Positions 1-15,300 of a stretch of 64,000 nt of DNA are shown piece after piece. Numbering within the stretch: position 1 is the stretch's first letter; every line of letters begins with the position of its first letter. A program made the position numbers and the translations under genes. Source of the DNA: Catajapyx aquilonaris (lineage: Eukaryota); contig KZ538050.1 in NCBI GenBank assembly GCA_000934665.2, positions 62,001-126,000 of the forward strand, in the 5' to 3' direction. The notes beneath the pieces are model-generated. The model ran no database searches, was not told where the DNA came from, and saw only the letters and a program-made list of their open reading frames with translations.

Positions 1-204
1 ACTGGGCGGGGGGTAGAAACTTTGCCAGAGGTACAGGAAATGCAGTCGGCGGGGGTGCGACTCTCTAATTGGTCACCAAACTTCGTGAAACTGGTTGTTC
101 CTAAAAGCAAGCGTGTGGTTATGTGAACTTTATTGTACATTTCAACACCAAAAATGCCAAGTACAAATTAGCAAGTGGTTTGACATTGTTGATGACTGTT
201 TCAG

Positions 205-355
205 AACAACCTGCTACCAAGTGGAGAGAAGTCGGTGGAAGGTTTCTCCGTGACGATCGAGCGCGCCGACCGGCACCAAGCGGGTCTGTACCAGTGCACG
301 GCTAGCAACGGAGTGGGCTCCTCCATCACGGCTGAGATCAACCTCCAGGTGCTCT
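205..355 (+). CDS. Ig-superfamily adhesion protein (klingon/lachesin/CG7166-like), internal exon: second half of an Ig domain. The gene starts upstream of the window.
   Basis: tttcag acceptor and gtaagt donor. Reads NNLLPSGEKSVEGFSVTIERADRHQAGLYQCTASNGVGSSITAEINLQVL, with the Ig G-x-Y-x-C-x-A-x-N motif. Ends in phase 1, matching the next exon. Confidence 0.93.
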
Positions 356-3300
356 GTAAGTAGTCCAGCTATCTAACTAACCGGGTCCATGGGGGGTCCA
401 GCACGCCATCTCTACCAGGAAAATCATTGACCAGGGCTTTGGAATGACTTAGTACGTTATGCGTGTCATCAAGTAAGGGGAGGCCTAAAGAAGAGATTTG
501 CCTTGCGGTAAGGGAACGGTGAAACTTTCGGCAAAAGCCCTTTATGAAACAAATGCTAGGGGAGTAGAGGCGGCACATGGTGCAATTATAACAACGCCTA
601 GGGCTGTAGGAATTGGGAGGTGTAGATGCAGCTCGGAGATCCTCATTCCTGTCGCCACTAAGAAAACGTTATTAGCGTCGCAGGGAACAGGGCGGAAAAT
701 TGCGACACGGGTACGGGATAAACGCAGCCGCGATTAGTGTTATTATTTTCTTAATCTACATCATCATCATCATCATTATGCCACCCCTGCGGTATTCTCG
801 GTGGTATATGGCAGCCGACGACCTCGGCTGGTGGCAAATTCCTTTGCTACTGAAACTTTTCTCACTTATTATTATGCGCCTTTCTCAACCACACCCTACA
901 CTTTCCCACACACCCTCTGCGTCTCTTTTCTCCAACCACGAACCCCCCTCTAGACTGCTGGAAGATGCCATGGTTTCGTCTCTATATGCGGAATGCACTT
1001 TGTGAGCTTCTCTTTTATACAATTCCCTCTTCACTTTGGTATTCCCCTCTTTCCTTTACTCTTCGAAGCCATTTTCCAGAATGGATTTCTGTTCTTAGGG
1101 GGAAGGAAATGTGCAGACCATCCCGAGTTATGAGTGTGACCAGCCAAGGTGGCTTTGTTAAGCGCCTTCCCAAACTTTTTCTTGAAGGAGAGGAGGGGGG
1201 AGGAAAAAAGAAGAAGAAAAAAGTCTTTCCCTTCCCAAGATCTTGTTATGATGAAGCTCGTGGAGAAAAATGTTGTGGAAGTGGGCATTTGTTTGCATTT
1301 GAATGCATTTCTCTGGGCATGAACGTAACTTGGTTACGTGGCAGGTGTAAAAAATTTCCAAGTTCCTTTTTATGTCCCTGTGTTGCATGTAGGCCCCGGT
1401 AGCTTTTAAAAAAAGTATTTTCAATCAGATTGACGTGATTTTTTGTGTAAAAAGTTCGTCAAACTCCCAATTGCGTATTACGTGTGTGCGAGGTTTCCCT
1501 TCTTTGAAAATTGTTTATGACCTATTTGGGCACCACCTTTTAAAACTAAACTAGATTACTTTGTAGCCGAACATCAAAACGAACCCATGCAATGTGACAG
1601 AACCTTGTTATGAACCACAGTTACGCTCTATATGATTTTTAACAAACAACTCTATCGTGGTCCCAAATCATTAATATAAATTCGGTTTCTCCCATTACCG
1701 ATTCGGTATATTCCCAACCCTGTATTAGAAACTAGACCTATAGTCCCAGTCGAAAGCACTTGAGATAATTTGACGTGAGGGCTGCTGTCAGAAAGTCATG
1801 TCATTCCTGTGTACTAGGCTACTTGTATGGGAGCTTCCATCTCCGACGAGGTCTCCTTTGTATGTCCCCTTTGGGCATCAAGGACCGTGATGACATGACG
1901 ATAAATAAGCAGGAATTTATCGCAGGCAAAGTCGGTGACTGGAAAATCCTCCCTACAAGACCCCCTTGGCGTGAGCTGGACGTGCAATTATACTCCCTGG
2001 AGATAGATCGCTCGGACAGGAATCACAGAGGGGTCGAGAGGGGAATACGCCAGGTCATAGGCCTTGCGGCCGACCCCCTTGAGGGTGGGGTGGGGTGAGG
2101 TGGACTGTGTGTTTATGTGGAGAGGGGGATTTGCATGGCACCGGGAAATGTACCGGAATGGTTCCGAGGACTGGTCCCAGGGAAAGTATGTATGACCCCG
2201 ATGATATTCCAAAGTACTGATGCGTACGTTAATCCGGGTTTGTCCGCCAGGCTTTCATCCTGCATCAGAAATGATACAAAATAAACTTCTGTCTATTCTG
2301 GGTTTTTAGCATGGTGAGGGGGGGGGGGGGCCTGCATATTAGGGTTGGCTGGAAACAGCCTTGCGAACGCAAAATATCCCGCAGGGAAGAGAGAGAGGAG
2401 AAACAGCAGGCCCTCTATGAATGCCATTATTCGGTCCAAGTCGCTATTGTTTTCATAGACTATAGGCCATGTTGGGACCGAATGTGGAAACTGGATGCGG
2501 GAGGCCTGATATTAGCGTGTTTGTGTAAAGAGGCCCTGTGGGGACCGGTGCTCGGAAAAGATGACAAAAAATGAGTTTTACAGGGTGGTTCGCGAGATGA
2601 AATTATCCACACCCGGGAAATCTAATGAATGCGGACAACTGTTGAATTGAAAGTGTATAAGCCTGAAGAGTCAGAATGAGAAAGTTTATTGAGTGTCAAA
2701 TTAGTATAGTATTAGGTTAAGCCAGCGCAAGTGCTCCGCGATTTTGACATGCAGGTCGCGAATGTTTGTACAGTGGAGAGAAACATCGAGCCCAATTTGA
2801 TATTGCTATTGCAAGTACTTATTGTAATACGTCCGCTTTTGCAGGACTGTAATAATATTAACTAGTGCGTATAGTAAAAGGTGTTGTCATTTGCATTCCA
2901 TCGGCCATTTAATCTCACTGCTTGAGGAGCATTTGCAACTTACGTGGTATATTCAAAGGATTATTATCTGTCTGATTCTTTAAAATCTTCGATGAAGACC
3001 TACTCAATTATTGGTTTTTACCGAACATCATGCGTATTCATACCTCTGCGTATTCAACATTTGGCATCTATTTCCAATAGTTTCTGCGTTTTAAAGGTGT
3101 CAACGCATTTTGATGGAAATCGTAAAAAATCCCAAATTTTTCAGCAATATTCCACCTTCACGAATTCAAGCTCATGTTTTCACAACTCATCAGAAAACAG
3201 ATATTGAAAAACTGAGTTTCACTTTTTAATCTAATCCGGACAACTCCCACTAAAAATTATCGGGACATGTAGCAAAATCAATCCTGGGAGGGATCCTTTG

Positions 3301-6300
3301 CGATCTAGTATTAGGGTGAGTATATCTACGCACATCATTTTAAAAAATCGGTAATGGGACGATTTTTTTTAAACAAAAAATCCTGAATCCACAAGTAGGT
3401 CGACCGCCTTCATCCGCATCAACATTCAGTATACCGGTACCGGTATCAGGTAGATATCCACGATACATTTCCATTGCTGCATAAACTGAAATAGTGTGAA
3501 CAAACCCGACTTCTTCAATTGATTCAGATCCCTAATGACTCCACTGTGTCTGCCGCAGCAGACCTCCCATAAATGCAACCGCAGTGCTCTTAAGCTCAAA
3601 CGTGTTATTTGTCAATTCAGCATATACCGTGCACTGAATATGGTTGAGCACCCGGGATGGCTGTAGCAGTGAATGTCGCTGATTCCCAAAATACCACCTT
3701 AATAAACTTATCGGCGTCGACGGCGGACGTGAGTGGCTCAGACCAACTCCATGACGATGGATGGATTACGAACCGGATTAACTCTGGAAGCAAAATGATC
3801 GTGGCGACCAAAGTGCGCGTTGAATTTCATTTAAGCCACATTGGACCTATCTACAAAAAAAGAGAGAGAGAGAGCATTGGCCCAGTGCGTGTTGGGAATG
3901 GAGAGCTTTACATTGCGGCGTCCTCGAAGCCCACATGACATCTCGTCCCCAGCCTCGTTGTTATGGCCTTTAGAAACTTGGATATACGAGCACGCCGGGT
4001 GCTCTTCCAAACCTCGTTTTTCCAGCCTCCAATGTAATATCTCGCTCACATGGCACACTCACCCCCTTCAGATCGTCATGTTGATTTTCGGCGCCTATAA
4101 AAATATCAGTTGTAAAAAAAAAAGGCTGCCGGTGTGGACCAAACTGCCAAAGAATTTTATGTCCCTGTTTTTTGTGTTGTGCCCTGACCAAACTTTTTCA
4201 AGCCTTCTCTCTTTTTTGTGCGGAAAAACTCGCGGGCCCAATGTGGTTTAAAACCCCATCAATCTGGGGGAAATAGTCTCCCTGCAGTGACGCAAAACTT
4301 TATTGAATCCCAATCGCCCCTTTATAAACTCGGATTATAGCGGCGCCCTTTGACCCAGGCGGTAAATCACCAGGGCGGTATACAAGTGAGACACACGGTC
4401 TGGGTCCAACACACAAAAAAATTCACACACACACACACACACACTAACACACTAGGGTCAGAGCTATCCCGAGTCCAGATAACATTCCCAATTAGTTTTA
4501 ATTAATACTTGCATAATGTAGGCCTATTGTGGGTTTGGCCCTGGGGTTAATGGGGCCCTAAAAACCTCCAAACCATTGATGCATAACGTCGTAGCTGGCA
4601 ATTTATAAGAGTGATCCTGCGGGTCTGCATGCAGGCTATAGTATTCATGTGCTTCGAGGGTTTCCCCTCCCCCCCCCCAAAAAAAAAGTTGTGTGAACGT
4701 ATCGGCTTTTAGTTATAGTATGGGGACACTAGGGTCTTACAGTGGACGGTGGGCAAAAAAAAAGTTGGGTATATATAGTCTGGGCCTAAAATAACGAGAG
4801 TCGTGTACTATGACGAACACTGTAATTGAATTTGTCAGGTATTTTCCCAGGAGACGGTACTTTCACCTGACGCTGTAATTGTCAGGCAAACCTTTTAATA
4901 TTGGATGCCATCGTGTTTGGCAGCAGTGAGAGGGCTGTTCTTCGTAGTGTTTTCAATCAACATTTTTCCTACTAATTAATGAACTTGATTAAGTTTATTT
5001 GCACTGCATTTCCCGGGTCAAGGACTAGAAAACTTTTCCAGCAGCAGGATTTTAATTAGAGCCGGTAATTAATAGCCTTGCAACATATAGACTCTTTATT
5101 ACATGTTCATACCAAAGTACGGTACAAGTTTGGACCGTGAAGGATGCCAGATGAAAATTGCTTAGGCTTCAGCTTCCAGCATTTAATCTATCTACTAGTT
5201 CCCTCCACCAGAGGCGCTGCCTTCCCCAATGCGCAGGCGCAGAACGGGAGTCAATCGGCAGCTTCGCGTAAACAATATATGGCAGGCAAATGCAACGAAG
5301 GATTTTAATAGTATAGAACTATAGTTGCGCACAACACATCTATTGTTGCGACGCAACACGTGCCAAAGTTTCCACAATCCGAGAGTTATAGTATGTTAGG
5401 CAATTCCAGCTGTCCCAACTGGGTGGAGCCCACCTCGACCAGAGTAATAGTCCCTCCACTTTTTTTTCTTTTTGGGGGGGAGGGGGGGGGCTGAAATATT
5501 GAGTTTGAGAAGTCAAGGGGGGGACAAAAAGTGGCAGGCATCATACCGTAAATGCAGGAATAATGGCAGTGTCCGACTGCCGATGGCTTTTACTTCCATC
5601 ACCGAAGAGAGGTGGTCCCCACCATTCATCCATTTGGAAAAGTGGAAACTTTGCCCCCTCTTCCTCCCTACTCTAGCCATAGCCAGAGATCTTTGTTATT
5701 GAAAGGAGTCCCCCCCTAGTCCGAACTAGAATCAATAAATCTGTAGGAAAAAAAACGAAAACGCTATTTTATGAAGAGGACGTTACTGCTTGGATGCCCC
5801 CTACAAAACTGCATCACCTTGCCTTCAAATAGCTCCATTGATTAGATCCCCGTTAAAACCTTTGCCGGATGCTGCGTTGTTCACGCCCGATGAAATGCTG
5901 GGGCCCCCCCAAAGTGATGCACTTGCACCGCTCTATTAACCTCTTACGTGCACCATGCCTAAGTAGGCTTCCAGCAAGAAGTGTACAATTTTATTCGTGT
6001 CCCAAAAATAGCGTAATTGTGTTCTCCACGGTAGGACTCGTAATTTGATAAGAAATCTAATTAAAACCCTCGCCTTTGCTTTATAAAAAAAACGCATTGA
6101 TTTTTTTTTCCAGCACTCTAGGCGTGATAATTACGTCGTTTTCTATGTTAAGCACAAAGGCAGGGTCAAAGCAAAGTACGGTCCGGTTGCAATAATGCTA
6201 AAGTGGGTATGTCCGGTCTAAAAAGTGGGGCGTCAGGTGAGGGCAAAGACAAGCATCAGCAAGAGGATCTAGTATAATGAGCGGGTGGTGTGAAGCAGCT

Positions 6301-9300
6301 TCCCGAGTCTAGTATAGCCTAGTGCAATATTCATGAGCCCACAATCGTCGGTTTATGGAGCAAGCCTAGGCCTTTTTGCTCGTTGCCACTTTCGAGCTTT
6401 TCCTGTATGTGGCATGTACCACCACTTTCATCCATTTTGTTTGTTTCAAAGTCCCAACCGCATTTTCTTTTGTCACAACCTGTCTGGATCATTTGTCTGT
6501 TCTCCTACATAGTACACACACACATCAGAATCTAGCTGGAAGAGGTCTCTGCGTGTTGCAAGCCCCTGCTAATCCTGAGGAAACCCCGTGGATTTGGCGT
6601 AATGAACGTTGCCGGCTTGCCCCCGTATAAGCGATGCCCATAAACAATATATTACTAGCAATGCTGCCAAGGTAGTAATGTTGCGTGCTTTGATGTTTAA
6701 TAATTAGAAGGCGGAGCAGGAAGAGAGCGGCTTTGTTGTTGGATTAAAGCAGGTTTGGTGCAGCGCGCGCTGTTGTGGAGGGGGTGTGGAGGGGGGAGGG
6801 GGGGGGAGAAGTTGAGGGGGGAAAGTAAATTAGGTGGCCAGCACAATGTTGCTCTACCATTGAAATTGGCACAGGGATATAGATGCGTTGGATCCATTTG
6901 CTCACATGGGCCACTACAAAGGTAATGTGTGAATCCCAAATGTGGACAAGTGGAGATGCTCTCAGGGATGGAACATGGCGTCGCTTATTACACATCAAAT
7001 TTGTTCTGATTATGGCCTTGCGACTTGTAAATACAATTTGCAGGCATTACTGACACAGTCTGACTTGCACTAGCACTCCAGGTGTGGCTCTATAGCATAT
7101 ATGGGGGGAAACACTATATGGAAAAAAAAGTGTATCCGCCAATTTTGCACCATGCTGGGGGTATAATAGCCTTGCGGATTCCATTAAAGTCGGACCAAGT
7201 CCGGCATGAGTAGACTCGAGTGTAATAATAATTGCGGTCGCGGCCCAGATCGGGTAATGTTCCTGCAGTTGCAGTGCTGTAAGAAAAGTTATTAACTTTT
7301 TGCGAGGATTTTGCTGGCCTAAACAGGACTCATTACTGTTAAATTAGGCTGGATGTAAAGCAATTTGCGCAATAAACTACTCCGGAGCGAGTGTTGGCGC
7401 TTCCTGACAACTACATTTGCTAAACAAAAACTGTAGTAAACGGACCTCTTTTATAACGCGACGAGTGTCCTCAAACAACGATGTTCCTCATATTGCAGTG
7501 GGGATTGTCCAACTATTTTTTATGCGTTTCAAAATGCGCCACAACCACCTGGAATTAAATAAACATTGCACTATATGGTTGACATTGGGGATAATCCGCA
7601 CTCTCCAATAATGTGTCTGGCTGTTTTCAACTTTTTGTTAATATCAAATTTGTGTGTGTGGGTGTGTGTATGGGAAGCAATACTGTATCCGTCGGAGCTG
7701 GGCCCGGGTTTAGGATTTGCAAAGTCAAGCAAATTTCCCAGGCGCTGTTAGTGTCTGCAGCTCCTCTCACGGAAGATATACCGCGTGCTTCTCTGGTGCG
7801 GCAGCCCAAAACTTTCATTTCACTTGCAGCTGCCCAGATTTATCGGCTCATCTAAGACCAAATGACACTTACAAGGTTTAGAGCCGCGCGCCGACAATGC
7901 CAAGTGGATTATGGTGAGGGTTGCTCGTGCAGGCGGTTCCTGCTCCAGGAAATGGCCTGTTTCGATAATGTCGCCTATAGGGAAAGGTACGCTTTCAACC
8001 GCTGTTTGCTTCAATTGTCACCTTGCTACATACGCTGACACGATTTGGAGTGAATGTTCACTTTTGTAGGTCGATATTTTGCGACCAGGCCAAAACTGAC
8101 CATTCTTTCTTTTATTTGCACATCTCCAAGTCCACAGAGCGTCGTCGGGGTTTGCCTTCAAATAGTTCGGTGTTCTATTTTTTTATGCGGGCATTTTAGA
8201 TGGCGACCTGGTGTAAACAGGGGTTTCGCTACACCTGGTGACAAAATTGCAGACAAATATTTTGTTTTTTGGCCGGAAAAATGGGATGTGAAACTATTTG
8301 AACGCACCTTTTATATTAATGATTTTGGAGCAGAGCGGAACGCTTCAACCGTGTATAGTACATGAAACATTGGATGCAAGCTAAAAACGCTTGTCACAAA
8401 TGCGCGAAGCAGCTGGCAGATAATTGACGTTAATTCTCATTATGTTTTCGATTAGGACAAATGAGCAAAAGAGGTAACGAGGCCTGAAATTCCAGCTCCC
8501 ACACATGCTTTCTCGCTGAATACACAGCTGCTGTGGAGTCACCCTCGTATATAGAGTTGGACAGGTATGTCGAACAATAGTGCACTTATTCGTGTGAAAA
8601 AAATACCGGCAGCAATATGACACCGTACTGTAAAGAAATGGTATAATACTGCAATTTAAACAGAACACTACTGTTCCATCACTGTAGATATGATGGCATG
8701 AATGTTCTACAGTGTAGGACATTCATGATATCATATGGTATGTGACATTCAGGCCTATAAAATACTGTAAAATGGTACTGCAATCAGTTTTTTTTTTGAA
8801 AATTCCTAGAGTGATGATTGTACTGTTTGACGTGATGGCCCATCAGTAATGTCAAAGTACTGCTCCAACTAGAGACAGGACGGATTCCTCGGAGGATGTT
8901 GAGGTTTGAACCGTCTTGAAGGCTGGGGGTAGAGGGCGGCCACCTCGTTCCTGGAGCCAAGTCAACTCGGAAAGGGCAAAATTACAGCCGCTTCTCACTC
9001 AGTCACTCAGTACGGAAGCTCAATTAATCAAGCTCCCCTCTTTTGTCCCTAGTCTGACTAATGCTCCCTGACACGGAAGCACACAACAGTAGGTTGTTCC
9101 TGCCCATTCGCACTCGGGGGACCTTCCTCTTCCGCCACCATTTTTTTTCTTCCTTCTTCTGTTCCAATTCCACGTGACTCGGCACATGGTGTCAAAAGTG
9201 GCCTTATCGGTGACACCGAGGAAGTCATAAATCCACTTCTTTCCAAACTGCTTACAACGATATGGTACACTGTTTCCATTGGGTCTTTTTTTTCTCTCTC

Positions 9301-12300
9301 TCTTTTGGAGCAGACCTGTCCTATATATACTCTTTGAGTTCGACGTGACGACTGCTGAAATGAAAGGGGGTCCTTGTTTTCTGCTCGAAACACTAAACCA
9401 GGAGAAATTAAAGCCCGGACTTCTTGATTGGAAGGCTGGTGATGGATGCTTTTGTGAGAGAGTATTGCCTGGACTGGACACACACACACAAAAAAACGAG
9501 ACATCTGTCTTGCATCCGAACACCGCTAGCTTCTGGTGTAACCGCTATTTCTTTTGTATCCGTCGCACTTTTTTGTGGGGGAAGGGAGAAAAAAAACGTG
9601 TTGAAATTCAAAGGAGAATCCGGCGGAAGCAAACGTTTCATTCATGTAAATCATCTGCAGAGTTCCCGTCCGGATCTGTCGGGTGATGTAGTCTTAAAAG
9701 CTAAGAGGAACTGTTGCTCCTGCTACCTATCTGGATCACTTTACTTCAAGACGATCGCGTTTAGGATTATTTGAACCAATTCTGTAGTTTAATCGGTGTT
9801 GTAGATACGGTTTTAAAAACTGGAGGTTAATTATATCGTAATTTGTAAAAACTTTCTCTTTATGCATGGTTAAGGTATAATTACGCAAATGATCATGTTT
9901 GTACCTATGGAGTAGCTACTGCATTAAATGAGGTCGTCCAATTTTCTGCAATTAAAAATCTATGTGAACACCGACGCATGTGATGAATGAGGCTGTTAAA
10001 ACGTCGCATAAACTTGGCATTATCAATATTCAGGTTAATTGCGCTATCAGTTGCTGCATCAAACTGTCAGTTAGCATCACCTTTGTGTACACACGACTTA
10101 CATTCGGGACAATAAATAATTCGGCAGCTTTTTGGCCCCCTCCTGACATAAGAGGTAAATTGTGTGACATTCATTTGTATAACAGTCCAGCAAAATATGG
10201 CTGCAGGTATTGTACACTTTTTTTTTGTGCCCTCAAATCCTAGGCTTCCTTCCATTTGCGTATTAAATGGGAAATGAAATCCGTGCGGTAACAGGGATAG
10301 CATTCGACATAAAATTGTGGATCATTTGGAAACCAGGCTGCGTACGATGCTAATATGGATAGATGTCACATCCCCTCGGTCACGTCTGAAAGCGGTGTTT
10401 GTCATTACTACACAGGTCCACGTTGAATGGCACAGGACAGCAGCAGCATCAGGCGGTAGGGGGAATAACATCAGAGTATCTCTCCGACTGCATTGTTTCG
10501 GGACGGGATTTCTAAAGATGTACCAGGCAAGAGGGGGACGGTAATCCTTCAATTTCGCTGTATTCCCTGTGAGGGGTGAGTCGGATGGGAAAAAAATGTA
10601 TTATAAAATATCCTAGCTGCTCTGTAGAAGATAACATTTCCTAGGTCTCACTTGCAGTGGGGGTAGGTTCCATCTCACACGACACCAATTTGCGCCCCTC
10701 CCTCCCTCTCCTTGGTCCCAAGGAGTATCATTTCCTCCTCAAATCTTCTCTTCGCTTTCCAAATTGGGCACTTGCGCCCGTATTTTTCCTCCGTATATTC
10801 TCGCGGGCAATAGTTCTCCCCCCTCTCTAAAAAAAATAGGTAGGATATATGCTTGAGCTATGTGAAGGAATGGAAGTCATGAATGGCATGGGGGGGTGGG
10901 GGGGGGGGGCAGAAAAAAATGGCGTCCCACCGATGAATTGGAGCCGGATCCATAATGCGGGATGGGAACGATTACCGGAGAGGGAGTTATGAAGGAGCAA
11001 CGCCGGCGGTCTTTTCTCCACTCCTCGTCAGCCCCCGACGGAATGTCAACAGAGTTTCCGGGAACGATGGATCGTAGCTCTCCGGACGGAATAGGATCTG
11101 GGGCCTTCCTCCTTTTCTTGTGGAGCTGTCAGTTTTGCGCCCGGATTGGATTTTGGGTGGGGAGGGTGGGGCGATTTTCTTAGAGTTATTCCTCTAGCCC
11201 TTCTTCTGCACCCAAATTGGATACCAGCCTCTCTTCTTCAGGCCTATCAGAAACTGGGGAGGGAAGCTTCCACTGCCTTTTCTTCTTATTCCCATACCCC
11301 CTACCCCCTACCCTAACTCTCTTTTCGTTTCTGCAAAGCACTTGTCCTGAAAGCAGCTCGTGATCGCAGAAAATCATATTTGCATTCGATGCCTGCTGCC
11401 CTTCTCTCTCTAGAAGATACTCTGGCTTCAACTTTTTTTTTTAACCCAGACCTGAGTCCCCCCCCCCCCACCCCCCAACCCCGCCAAAAAAATGACACGT
11501 CATCACTTGTTGCAGCACTTGATGAGTTGGATACAAGGTGAGTCGAAATTTCCAGACGCGGAAATGAATCTGGGAGCTTCGTTTTTTTTTATATATAGCA
11601 GGCACACTCAGCACCGTAAATACAGTTACGCACCGCATTTCTGGAAAATAAATAGGGATGACCCTGGCCCTTATAGCCAATGTGGGACTTTTTTACGATG
11701 CATTTTATTCGTCTTGCCTTCTATTGCGGTTTCTATTGGATGAAAATATTGATAGATCTTGCGCTGGTTGTGCTTTCACCGTCGGCTCCCAACTTTAGGG
11801 AATGGAGCTGTCAAGTGAATGACCGTCATTAAATGAATGCTTTTTCTCGGTTTGTATTTTTTTCCCGCCGCCACAACCCACCCNCCCCCCCCCCCCCCGC
11901 CCCCGCCCGCCTTTTTCGTCTCCACGTCTGTCTCGTAATGATTGAGCCAAAGCTTTCAGAATTATTGGCCCCCAGAATTTTTGCAATGCATCATATGAAA
12001 GGGGGGAGGGGGGTGAGTCTGGATCAAAATATATATATAAAAAAACTTGAAAGTCGATTTAGAAAACGAGTTGCGCCACAAGATTACTACGAGTAAATCC
12101 CGAGGGCACAGATGAGTTGTAGGGTCCCACAAGCATGGGATCAAATGGCCAGGATCATCTCTTCCTGCTCGCAGTTGCAACCAATGCAATTTCCAACTCG
12201 AAGGAACCGTTCTCGAACCGTTTTGCCTCATTTCCCGACAAAATTTCTGGAATAAGGTTCCAAATTGGAAAGAAAAGTCTCCCACCCCCTCTCACTTTCA

Positions 12301-15300
12301 TCCGTTGTTGTTTTTTTTCTTCCTTTCTTCTTGGTCCCCTTCTGTTTCGTGTTCATGGCCAGCGACGGAAGAACAACCGGAGTTGATTCCTATTCCGAAC
12401 ACTTTATTTATTTATGCCTCGAATTGGACTAGAGCGGGAGTGACAGAGCGTCCCCTTTTGTCAGCTGCAAGATTGGAAATCGAAGGAATGTGTGCGTGCA
12501 GTGTGTGTTTGCATCGTGGTTAACCCAAAATAGCTTCCCATCTTAGTGCCTAATGGAACAGTTCTGCTTGTAAGAAGTATATGCGCGATTAGTGTCGGGA
12601 GTACCTATCGTGAGAGGTCAAAAGTCCATGGGCGGGAAATTATTGTCATTACTGGCTACCCTGCGTCGTCAATTACTCAGAGAGAGTGATTCGCATTGTC
12701 ACTCCGCCCATGGGGTCCTAGGATAGGTCTACTTTTAGCCGGGTGAATGGCTTCGGCCTTGTCACCCCCTCTGAGCATCGATTGCTAGTAGGGGGTACTA
12801 TAGGGGGAATAAGTGCACTTGCCGACACCACATTAGGTCTTTTTTGAAACCTACTTGAGGACATATTTGGTTCACCGCCATGTGCGCTGTACAGTACAGG
12901 CGCTGCGCTGTAGCCGGATTTGGTTGCGATTTTCTCACGTTTCATATAGTATATGCGATACCTTTGACCGCAATAGACACTGTAGCTGGTGATGTCAGTA
13001 GGTTCGTAGGTTGAAAGTCAACAAGTTGGTGTGGTAATTCGTGTGTTGGAGTGCACCCAGGGAACATTAGGATTCGGGCACAAAGAGAGGGCTGGGGTGG
13101 CAATAAAATGCCCGCTGATGGAAGCCGTCAGGTGGATATTGAAAGAGGAGGAGTGGAACTTGACGTCATCTTCCACTCTCCAGCTAGTAGTTGATTGGGC
13201 TCTTACTCCTCCGTCACTCTCTGCTGATATGCAAACCAGGTATAAAAAAGGTTTGTCGTCCTAAGCCGCCCCGCTTGTAGAATAGCTGTCAACTTATGTG
13301 ACGAGCATATGTTTGAGGTAAATTTGACAATTTTTTATATGGTAGGACCTATCGTCTAGATGGCAGCACTGTAAGTTTCCAACTATACGTTACTCTCCAG
13401 TCAGTCTGTTGCTATAAACACACAATTTCCAACCGTTTCTCATAGGAAGGAACCTCCCCGAACATAATTTCCGGATGGGGCTCCGACGCGACTCTGCCAT
13501 TGGAGCGTCATCTTATTTGCTTTACAGATAGTCCACTTCCGGCGCCATTCGTAAACCGCCTTCCATCCACTGTGGCGCCGGTCTTAAAAACTTTCTCTGC
13601 CCGGGAATCAGGTTTGGTATGAATGTCCCGGGAAAGAAACACCATCAGCATTTCCACATCACTTGAGCCCCAGCTCTTGATAACCGGAACACTCTTTTTG
13701 ATGAGCTTCAGCCAATGAAAATGCTTCGAGGTCGAAGGGCGCTGGATGGAAGAGGGTGAGAAAAATACGAAAAGAAAAAAAAAATCTTGAGGAATATGTG
13801 GCGTCTGTAAAGGCGTGGTCCTCCACTAAATCTGGGAAGAGCTTTCTTCCTGGTGAGTTGGCAGCCAGATGACATTATTGCGAAGGGGTCATCCCCTCCT
13901 CCCTCTTCTTTTTTTTCTATCTCCCTCTCTCCTTCTCTCAAACAAATTGACTACCGCCTACCCTATGACATATTGTCAATAAGAAATAGAGAGAGGTCCT
14001 TGTTAGGGAAGACGTCGATAGAGACGAGACTAATGAAGCCCAGACCTCGAGTCGCTCTTGCCTCACTTCTTATTGGTTTCCTTTTCCCTTTGCTACTAGA
14101 AATCTGTGGCCATTGGTCTTGAGGCCCTGCCATTCCAATACGAACGTGTGTGTCAGTCACATAAGATGACGAGGTTTTAACTGGTCCCCATCAACTTTGA
14201 ACGTGTTGATTGCTCACTTAGTACCAGTTTTTTTTTTTTTGGGGGGGGGGGGGAGAATGTGCAATTGAATTAGGAGGGCCGTAAAAGATGCAGCATGTTG
14301 CATAAGGAAAGGTCTTGCATAATGCACGCCGTTCCCAAGAAGCAGGTCTTGTCACTACGTAATTTGGCTGACGTTATGACATGGTGTCGGCTAGAGAGAG
14401 AGAGAAAAAAAAAATGCCAGCTGAAATGTTAGGCTTGAAGGCGCACGAAGATGCTTTTATGACTTGGCTAAAGCGGCACGCTTTGCATGTCCAAATGGCA
14501 GGGTTGCAGAAAACTAGCGTAATTGACCTGAAATTTAACTCGTCCAAATTGTGGGTTTGAGATTACGCTTGTCCTTTGAACATAGCCTTTATCAAAGTAG
14601 GTTGCAATGTTTCTCGGTGGGTGGCCTCAGGACTTGTGACCAATATGATGCAGGGTTTCTGTCCAAGTTGAGGGTACCAGAGGGGGGGGGGGGGAAGAAT
14701 TGATGGATTAATCACCCCTGGGCGATGTAAACAAAATCGGTGCTAATAAGATAAAGGAAGCCACAGACCTTGTGCCGAGACAGGACTGGAGGGTTCAGAC
14801 GTGGCCCAGAAGTGACAACTTCATCAATTATTGTACCACAATATGATGTAGCAATGTGGTATGGTTGGATATGGATGCTACTCGCCTGTAATGACCAGTA
14901 GCACATTAAATTTCATTGTTGCCATTCAATGTGACGTCAGTACCAAATAATAATAGGTGTAGGCTGCCAATTTTTGTAATTGTGAAAATATGTCACTTTT
15001 TTGCAATGTGGGTCCAGGATTCCTTTCGATGGAGAAGGTCACGGGCACATCATATTATACCTCCGGAGTCATGTGAGGTCGCAGGAGTGCAAAATGAGAC
15101 TAAAATCGATTGATTATTGACAACAATCAGGTTCGAACTGCAATGGATACTGGTGCTATGCAACCTCAGGGAACGGAACATTTTTATGGCGTTCAAAAAT
15201 GCTTGGAAACCACGAAGAGGGTACGAGTGACATCAAATTTGGCCCCCTAGGTCATTTGAGGTCACCACCAAGCGGAACTGGGGGGGGCTTTGTAATCAGG

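Noticed and set aside
5204..5241. CTCF-like and NRF1-like (TGCGCAGGCGCA) motifs; also a CTCF-like site near 13355
   Set aside because: Isolated short motif matches with no supporting gene structure.
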